64,000 nucleotides of DNA from Bacteroidales bacterium UBA2198 (GTDB lineage Bacteria > Bacteroidota > Bacteroidia > Bacteroidales > VadinHA17): assembly GCA_002328625.1 (NCBI GenBank), contig DCVC01000177.1, positions 9,816-73,815 on the forward strand, given 5' to 3'. The notes under the pieces were generated by a model that was given only the letters and a program-made list of their open reading frames with translations, ran no database searches and was not told the DNA's origin. This document shows positions 27,113-34,311 of this stretch, one piece after another; within the stretch, counting starts at the first letter, position 1; the number at the start of each line of letters is the position of its first letter. A program made the position numbers and the translations under genes.

Positions 27113-29131
27113 ATGAAAAAAAATAAACTTTTACTTGCCACGTGCCTGTTCGGTTTGATTGGATATGCCCAGGCGCAGCAAAATCCCGTTAATTGGGTAC
27201 ATATTTCAAGCAAAACCGGTGGTATCGAAACTCCTAACGGTGGTGGAGAGCAAACCTCATCTGCCGTGGCCGATTTCGATAATGATGGTATAAATGATTT
27301 TTGCATTACGGAGCGTACGCAGGCACCGTGCATGGTATGGTACCGTCGTAACGATAAAGGCTGGGACAAATATGTCGTGGAGGCTGATCCTATGTCACCC
27401 GAGGCCGGGACTGTAGCTTGCGATGTTGATGGCGATGGCGATTTGGATATTATAGCCGGTGGTGACGGAGGGAAAACGAAAGAAGTATATTGGTGGGAAA
27501 ATCCTTATCCGAACTTCGAACACAATATTCCATGGGAAAAATATTTGATCTATAAAGGGGGAGGTAAATACCACGACCAGATAACCGGCGACTTTGATGG
27601 CGACAGCAAAATTGATTTGGTCTTCTGGTCTCAGTCAGAACACGAACTGATTTTTGCCCGAATACCTGAAACCCCGAAAGACCCTGCAACCTGGAAATGT
27701 TTACCAGTCTATAAATATTATGACGACGGCCAGATGCAGCAACGCGGCACATATCCCTATTTTAAAAGTGTAAATGAACATGAAGGTCTTGTTAAAATTG
27801 ATATTGATGGCGATGGTATTCAGGATATTGTGGGAGGAGGGTATTGGTTCAAGTATATCAGGAACGACAAATTTTCAAATAATATGGTTGATGCTTCATA
27901 CACATTCAGCCGTTCTGTTGCCGGACAGTTTATAAAAGGAGTGCGGCCTCAGATAGTTCTTGTAGTTGGCGATGGTTGGGCCCCGTTATTCCTTTATGAA
28001 TATAAAGATAAAACATGGATACCAAAAACCATCATTGAAAAAGTCAGCAACGGGCATTCCAATTCAATTGGTGATTTTGACAGGGACGGGAACCTGGACC
28101 TCTGGAATGCAGAGATGACATTAGAGGGAAATACCAATGCCATAAATCGTATCTTACTTGGTGATGGAAAAGGTAATTTTCCAGAGGAGATCGTGGTTTC
28201 GAAGGGAATTGATGTACATGAATCTGAAATGGCTGACCTGGATGGCGATGGTGACCTGGATATTCTTGGTAAACCTTACAATGGTGATGCTCCCAGGCTC
28301 GACATCTGGCTCCAGAACGGGACAGGCGAAATAGTTACAGCTAAAAAAGGAGCTTTTAATAAACCTTTCGGCCTCGAAATATACAGCATGCGTTTTGAGC
28401 TGCAGAAAGACGTTCCTAAAACAATTGCCCTTATGAAACAAATGGGTTTTAAGGACCTGGAGGTATCTGGCTATTATGGATTAACACCTAAAGCGTTTAA
28501 AGCCGAAATAAGCAAAAATGGTCTTACCTGTTCGAGCATGATATTTGATTACAGCCGTTTTCAGACCGATATTGACGGGATCATTAAAGAAGCTAAACTT
28601 TTCGGTGCCAGGTATGTAGGCACAGGCTGGATTCCTCACAAAACCGACTCATTCAATATGGACGATGCAAAAAAAACATGCAAAGATTTCAATGATTTTG
28701 GAGCAAAACTGAAAAAAGCCGGATTAAAATTTTTCTATCATCCGCACGGTTATGAATTTGCGTATTATGATTCCGGCAGTTGTTACCAGGACTACATTAT
28801 GTCCAACACCAATGCTGATTTGGTCTATTTCGAACTTGATGCATTCTGGATAAAGTATTCAGGCGTTGATCCATTGTGGTATATGAAAAAATATCCCGGT
28901 AGGTTTGAACTTTTGCACCTTAAAGATTTGCGAAAGGATGTTCCCGGTAACCTCAGTGGAGGAGCTGTTGACGAAACAAGTGTTCCAGTCGGCAATGGAG
29001 CAGTTGAATTTCCTGCCTTACTTCGCGAAGCAATAAAACAGGGTATCAAGTTTTTTTATATTGAAGATGAAGCAAAAAATGCCATTGATCAGATACCGCT
29101 GAGTAAAAAGTATCTTGAAAGTCTCAAATAG
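27113..29131 (+). CDS. secreted fusion: FG-GAP/VCBS-repeat beta-propeller plus xylose-isomerase-like TIM-barrel domain
   Basis: Signal peptide. Six or more Ca-type repeats (DFDNDGINDF, DVDGDGDLDII, DFDGDSKIDLV, DIDGDGIQDIV, DFDRDGNLDL, DLDGDGDLDIL). The C-terminal ~260 aa look like a sugar-phosphate isomerase/epimerase fold (FGLEIYS..., FYHPHGYEF, LHLKD, YIEDE). Confidence 0.7.
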   Translation: MKKNKLLLATCLFGLIGYAQAQQNPVNWVHISSKTGGIETPNGGGEQTSSAVADFDNDGINDFCITERTQAPCMVWYRRNDKGWDKYVVEADPMSPEAGTVACDVDGDGDLDIIAGGDGGKTKEVYWWENPYPNFEHNIPWEKYLIYKGGGKYHDQITGDFDGDSKIDLVFWSQSEHELIFARIPETPKDPATWKCLPVYKYYDDGQMQQRGTYPYFKSVNEHEGLVKIDIDGDGIQDIVGGGYWFKYIRNDKFSNNMVDASYTFSRSVAGQFIKGVRPQIVLVVGDGWAPLFLYEYKDKTWIPKTIIEKVSNGHSNSIGDFDRDGNLDLWNAEMTLEGNTNAINRILLGDGKGNFPEEIVVSKGIDVHESEMADLDGDGDLDILGKPYNGDAPRLDIWLQNGTGEIVTAKKGAFNKPFGLEIYSMRFELQKDVPKTIALMKQMGFKDLEVSGYYGLTPKAFKAEISKNGLTCSSMIFDYSRFQTDIDGIIKEAKLFGARYVGTGWIPHKTDSFNMDDAKKTCKDFNDFGAKLKKAGLKFFYHPHGYEFAYYDSGSCYQDYIMSNTNADLVYFELDAFWIKYSGVDPLWYMKKYPGRFELLHLKDLRKDVPGNLSGGAVDETSVPVGNGAVEFPALLREAIKQGIKFFYIEDEAKNAIDQIPLSKKYLESLK

Positions 29132-29165
29132 TTTTATTGGTGAAAATGCAGTGAACAGTAGCTAA

Positions 29166-30131
29166 CTAAATTACATTCAATTGATCTTCAACATATTGCC
29201 CTGTCAATAATTTGATCAGATTATCGGCAGCCCGACGCTGAAGAGCCTGTATTGAAGCGTCTGAGTACCATGCATAATGCCCCGTAACAATTGTACGCGG
29301 ATGATTAAATAAAGGTTCTTGTTTTTCGGTAGGTGGTTCATCCTCAAATACATCTATCCCGGCACTATGTATTACATTATTGTCCAACGCTTCAACCAAT
29401 GCATCCTGGCTCATTACCGGCCCTCTGGCAGTATTGATCAATACCGGCCGATTTTTCATTTGGATAAATGCTGCTTCATCAATAATGTGGTTTGTCTCCT
29501 CCGTAAGATTGCAATGAAGACTAATGACATGACATTTTTCGAGCAGGGTTTTCAGATCAGTCTTTATTGCACCGACTTCACTAAACTTATTATCCGGAAT
29601 GTAAGGATCATATGCTAAAACTTCTTTAAACAGATAACGTACTTTTGATGCAAAACATCCTCCAATTCTTCCTAATCCGATTATACCTGCTGTTTTATCG
29701 TGTAATTCAAAAATATCATCCATTGGCGGTTTAGAAAATAAATTACGGATTTGCCGGGAGCCCAAAGATAATGACCGTACACAGGCATAGAGCAAAGCAA
29801 GTGCATGGTCTGAAACTGCATGATTTGCATATCCCTGAACATTTGCAACTTTTATATTACGCAGGGTTGCTTCCTGAATATCAATATTATCATAACCCAC
29901 TCCATATCGGACAAGAGCTTTCAGGTTTGGTGTGAGGTTAAAAAAATCAGCGTCAATCACTGTACCACGAACAAGTATCCCCTTAGCATCGCTCACAAAA
30001 CGTGCTTTTTCAAATCGGTCTATTGGATTACCACTGTACAATTTCAAGTCGTACCCATTTTGATTGAATAATTCTTTTTCATACTGGTAATTTCTGTAAC
30101 CTAAATCAATGACTGCAATTTTATTCTCCAT
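29166..30131 (-). CDS. D-isomer-specific 2-hydroxyacid dehydrogenase
   Basis: GIIGLGRIGG, NTARG, D..E.., TGHYAW. Last gene of the operon. Confidence 0.8.
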   Translation of the reverse strand: MENKIAVIDLGYRNYQYEKELFNQNGYDLKLYSGNPIDRFEKARFVSDAKGILVRGTVIDADFFNLTPNLKALVRYGVGYDNIDIQEATLRNIKVANVQGYANHAVSDHALALLYACVRSLSLGSRQIRNLFSKPPMDDIFELHDKTAGIIGLGRIGGCFASKVRYLFKEVLAYDPYIPDNKFSEVGAIKTDLKTLLEKCHVISLHCNLTEETNHIIDEAAFIQMKNRPVLINTARGPVMSQDALVEALDNNVIHSAGIDVFEDEPPTEKQEPLFNHPRTIVTGHYAWYSDASIQALQRRAADNLIKLLTGQYVEDQLNVI

Positions 30132-30201
30132 AGTTTTATTGCATTTTCAATCAGTAGTGACCGACAAAACATTTTGTTCATCATGTCGCACCAGGTATGT
30201 A

Positions 30202-31455
30202 CTAAGAATTAATCCGTTTCAATGTATCAATCATGGTTACAAGGTTTTCCACAGGCACGTTGGCCTGAATGTTGTGCACGGTGTTGAAAACAAAACCCCC
30301 GTTTTGTCCCAACACTTCACACTGCTCCTGCACCTGTTTTTTTACATCATCTGGAGTTCCGAAGGCCAGTACTTTTTGAGTATCAACACCTCCTCCCCAG
30401 AATACAAGGCGGTCGCCGTATTTTTGTTTTAGCATACGGGAATCCATACCTGCAGCGTTGATCTGAATAGGATTCAATATGTCAAATCCTGCCCCGATAA
30501 AGCTCTCGATTAAGGGTTCCACTGCCCCGCAAGAGTGCTTGAAAGTTTTCCACTTTGTATTGGCATGTATCCAGTCGTTCATTTTCCGATAGAAGGGAGC
30601 ATACACCTCTTCAAAGTCCTCTTTGGAACAAAACTGGGAGTTTTGGGTGCCAAAATCAGCGCCGCACATAAAAACGGCATCTACGGTATTTCCCACCACA
30701 TTAAAGATTTTCTTCAGGTTGCTCACGGCTATATCCGTTTGCTTATCAAAAACCTCCATCACATAATCCCGCCGCATCATGAGTGACATATACCATTCGG
30801 CCACATCACGTATACCCTTCGGATTAATTAAGCCTGTACCCGGTACCAATGCAATATCTCCCACAGCTGTCCCACCAAAATTGGCAATTATTCCTTTCCC
30901 GGATTTCAGAGCCTTTGTTACTTGTTGATCCCAATATACGAGATCTCTTCCCGATATATGCCCGAATTCCTCAAGGTTGTCTTCGGGGCTTAGTACTGTA
31001 TCGTCAATAGGTTGTTGACGAATGACAGCATCAAAAAAATAACCGGCCTTAGGCATTCGTCCGCTCGCAGGAACCCCTGTATTTCCCTCGGGATAGATTA
31101 GCAAACTTCCATCGCTGTCATAAGAAGTGTTAAACTTACCTGGCACTAAAACTGTTTGCCCCCAGAAGGTACTAAACTCTTTCCAATCTTCATTTGCAAA
31201 ACCGAACATGTTGTTTTGAGGACTAATCCCAATTACATCAATGCCCAATATCTCCTGCAAATCTTCTTCCACTTCACCCAGCATTTGGAATGGTTCTGTC
31301 ACTTTAACGGGTCTCATCTCTAAACCATAATACCGACACAGGTTTTCCACTGCCAGTACATGTATTCCCGTAGTTGTCGTGCTTCCAAAATCAACAACGA
31401 TTTTGTCAGTTTGTTTGTGATTTAAAATTGCCTGTACTCTTTCCTTTGAGGTCAT
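30202..31455 (-). CDS. URO-D-superfamily protein, MtaA/CmuA-like methyltransferase candidate
   Basis: No signal peptide. H307-S-C309 (30529..30537) and C379, 70 aa downstream, give the His-x-Cys-xn-Cys pattern. DILNPIQ and FVFNTVHNIQ are typical of the URO-D fold. Confidence 0.65.
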   Translation of the reverse strand: MTSKERVQAILNHKQTDKIVVDFGSTTTTGIHVLAVENLCRYYGLEMRPVKVTEPFQMLGEVEEDLQEILGIDVIGISPQNNMFGFANEDWKEFSTFWGQTVLVPGKFNTSYDSDGSLLIYPEGNTGVPASGRMPKAGYFFDAVIRQQPIDDTVLSPEDNLEEFGHISGRDLVYWDQQVTKALKSGKGIIANFGGTAVGDIALVPGTGLINPKGIRDVAEWYMSLMMRRDYVMEVFDKQTDIAVSNLKKIFNVVGNTVDAVFMCGADFGTQNSQFCSKEDFEEVYAPFYRKMNDWIHANTKWKTFKHSCGAVEPLIESFIGAGFDILNPIQINAAGMDSRMLKQKYGDRLVFWGGGVDTQKVLAFGTPDDVKKQVQEQCEVLGQNGGFVFNTVHNIQANVPVENLVTMIDTLKRINS

Positions 31456-31534
31456 ATATAATAATTTATTAGTACTTATAACTGTAGGTTAAATAAATAT
31501 TTATCTCTTTATAAGTGTCTGTATGATTTATTAA

Positions 31535-31548
31535 TTTGCATATGCAAA
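31535..31548. promoter_or_regulatory. perfect 14-bp palindrome TTTGCATATGCAAA
   Basis: Located 80-93 nt upstream of the start codon at 31455, in the largest intergenic gap (198 nt) of the long minus-strand array. Confidence 0.3.
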
Positions 31549-31653
31549 ATAAGTATTTTCCTTGTTTGTTAGTGGCTTATCCACGTTGAGTATTTTCAGG
31601 AGTAAACACAATTTTATATTGAAGTTCCGCATTCAGAATATTTTAGTCTGTAG

Positions 31654-33222
31654 TTACCAGAAAATTATGTATAACAAACTAAGAATAATTACTATACTAA
31701 TTGAAAACCATATGAATAAACGGTCGGTATTATGATATATGCCAGCCGGCAATTCCCATTTCGTAGTCTGCAATTGTTTATCTTTTTTAACCAGAGACAT
31801 GATGATCATTTGCGCGCAAATAATCAGAAATGAAACGGCCATATTATCGAGGAATGGCATTGAAGGATAAATCCACTTCAATAACAGGGGCACGGGAAGG
31901 GTAATTAAAACTGCAACCCATGCCGCCCCGGCTGTTGTTTTTTTCCAGAAAATACCCAGCAAGAACAGAGCCGTAATTCCCGGGCTTACCAATCCCGTGT
32001 ATTCCTGGATAAACTGAAAAACCTGTTCGATGCCTGATAAAAAAGATGCAATCGAAGCGGCCAGTGCAACAATGATAATGCTTGAAATCCTTCCGGTTTT
32101 CACCAGATTCTCTTCTGACGCCAGGGGTTTAAAATGGACTTTATAAATATCAAGGGAGAAAATGGTGGCCGCACTGTTTATTATAGCTGCAAGTGATGAT
32201 ACGATGGCTGCTATTAAGGCCGCAAATACAAATCCTTTGATACCTGAGGGCACAAAACGGTCGAGTAACCAGGGATATGCCTCATCAGGCCTAACAATGT
32301 CAGCTTTTAATACGAAAGCTGCAATTCCCGGAAGGACAACAAGAACGGGAATAATCAGTTTTAAATAACCAGCGAAAACCATCCCGCGTTGTGCTTCTTT
32401 CAGGTTCTTTGCCCCAAGAGCCTTTTGAATGATATACTGATTAGCACCAAAATAATAGATACCTGCAATCCATATTCCGCCCAGTATCGACCGGATTCCG
32501 GGCATGTATTTGTAATTGGGATCTGTTTTGGAAAGGATCATGTGAAATTTTTCAGGCGCTTTTTCCATAAGCATTGAAAACCCATTTAGAGGGCCATGTC
32601 CGTCCGAAACTATATTAAGAGCCAGCCAGGTTGTGGTAAGTCCTCCGAGCACCAGAAACACAACCTGGATAACATCGGTATTGGCTATGGTCTTTAATCC
32701 GCCTCCCGCAGTCAGGAATATAGAGAAAAAAGCCAGCCCTGCAATTGCATAGCCTAATTTAATTCCAAAAATAGTTTTCAATGCAAGGGCCCCCAAATAC
32801 AGGATTGAAGTCAGGTTGACAAACACGAACAGGAACAACCAGAAAATTGCCAATACAGTTCTTATCCGGTGATTGTACCTTTGCTCAAGAAACTGAGGCA
32901 TTGTATAAATCTTTTTATGAATAAAAACCGGTAAGAACCACCATGCAACGATTATCAACATGATGGCAGCCAGCCATTCATAAGTAGCTATGGTCAATCC
33001 CATGGCAAACCCCGAACCCGACATCCCAATGAACTGCTCCGCCGAGATATTGGCAGCAATAATTGAACTTCCTACCAGATACCAGGGAAGAGAGTTACCG
33101 GCAAAAAAATAGCTGTTCGAATTTTTCTGTTTATTAACCCTGCGCGATATAATAATTCCTACACCTATTATAACGGAGCAATAAATAAGAAAAGCAAGAA
33201 TATCAAGAAATGAGAATTTCAT
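31654..33222 (-). CDS. sodium:solute symporter (SSS/SGLT family)
   Basis: 13-14 TM profile. N-terminal FFAGNSLPWYLVGSSIIAANISAEQFIGMSG is typical of the SSS family. Confidence 0.85.
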   Translation of the reverse strand: MKFSFLDILAFLIYCSVIIGVGIIISRRVNKQKNSNSYFFAGNSLPWYLVGSSIIAANISAEQFIGMSGSGFAMGLTIATYEWLAAIMLIIVAWWFLPVFIHKKIYTMPQFLEQRYNHRIRTVLAIFWLFLFVFVNLTSILYLGALALKTIFGIKLGYAIAGLAFFSIFLTAGGGLKTIANTDVIQVVFLVLGGLTTTWLALNIVSDGHGPLNGFSMLMEKAPEKFHMILSKTDPNYKYMPGIRSILGGIWIAGIYYFGANQYIIQKALGAKNLKEAQRGMVFAGYLKLIIPVLVVLPGIAAFVLKADIVRPDEAYPWLLDRFVPSGIKGFVFAALIAAIVSSLAAIINSAATIFSLDIYKVHFKPLASEENLVKTGRISSIIIVALAASIASFLSGIEQVFQFIQEYTGLVSPGITALFLLGIFWKKTTAGAAWVAVLITLPVPLLLKWIYPSMPFLDNMAVSFLIICAQMIIMSLVKKDKQLQTTKWELPAGIYHNTDRLFIWFSISIVIILSLLYIIFW

Positions 33223-33233
33223 GCATCTGGTTT

Positions 33234-34304
33234 TTAATTTCTTTCCCTTTCAAATTCTTTTGCCGCTTCTATAATGGCCATAAGATTTTCCCATGGTACT
33301 TCCGGCTCGACAAGGTGAGTAGGACCCACCACAATCCCTCCTTTATTCCCGCATTTTTCAAGCCGTTCCAGTGTGACCCTTTTAACCTCCTCTTTAGTCC
33401 CGTAAGGAAGAAGTTGCTGTGTTCCCAATGTTCCCCAGAATGACACCCGGTCACCAAAGCGATCATGAATCTCATTAAACTCCATACATTCGGGTTGAAT
33501 TGGATTCAGTATCTCCACCCCGGTTTCAATCAACTTATCAATAAATGGAGTAATATACCCGCAGGAATGATAGAAAATAAGAATGTCCGGTTTGATATCC
33601 TTAGCAGCCTGAATTACTTTTTTTAAGCGGGGCCGGAGCCATTTCCCCCACAATTCGATGTCGAGCATAAGGGATGTTTGGGTCCCGATATCGTCTCCAA
33701 GGGAAAGAATATCTACTCCGGCAGTGGCATAAGCCCTGGCTTTAGCACAGGCAAAATCAGTAATTTTATCCAACAGAATACCAGCTGATTCACTCTCTAT
33801 CATCATGTCCATCATCAGTTCTTCCATTGAACGCAGGTACCACGAAGCTTCCCAAACAGTCATTTGCATGAAACCAAATGAGGCTAATCCCTTTTCATGA
33901 AGTGCTGATACTTTTTTATTAAATTCTTCCAGCTTTGATTCATCAATAGTCGGATATGGATAATTCATTATCTCTTCGATACCAGCGCCACGCAAAGGAT
34001 GGTGCATCCTTGTCATGTGAAATGCAAATTCCGATCCTTTTGAATGGCCAATGCCATATTCATCAAATTCTGTACTTTCCGGGACATTTTCCCGCTTGAA
34101 AAGTTGTCGGCCATCGATATAATTCCTTTGGATGTCTAACTCTAATCTCCTGTGGCTTAATCCCAGGTAGGTTTCATAATCGGTATGGCCGAATCGCTTT
34201 TTAAAGGCTTCAATTTGCGATTCACAAAACACATAATCTACATGCACTTTTTCAAATCCTCTGCGACGTAAACAACTTAATAAATCTTCTCCTGGCGTAT
34301 ACAT
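33234..34304 (-). CDS. URO-D-superfamily protein, MtaA/CmuA-like methyltransferase candidate
   Basis: No signal peptide. H246-S-C248 (33561..33569) and C318, 70 aa downstream, the same spacing as the paralog at 30202. MEELMMDMM, EILNPIQ. Confidence 0.65.
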   Translation of the reverse strand: MYTPGEDLLSCLRRRGFEKVHVDYVFCESQIEAFKKRFGHTDYETYLGLSHRRLELDIQRNYIDGRQLFKRENVPESTEFDEYGIGHSKGSEFAFHMTRMHHPLRGAGIEEIMNYPYPTIDESKLEEFNKKVSALHEKGLASFGFMQMTVWEASWYLRSMEELMMDMMIESESAGILLDKITDFACAKARAYATAGVDILSLGDDIGTQTSLMLDIELWGKWLRPRLKKVIQAAKDIKPDILIFYHSCGYITPFIDKLIETGVEILNPIQPECMEFNEIHDRFGDRVSFWGTLGTQQLLPYGTKEEVKRVTLERLEKCGNKGGIVVGPTHLVEPEVPWENLMAIIEAAKEFERERN

Positions 34305-34311
34305 AATGATT

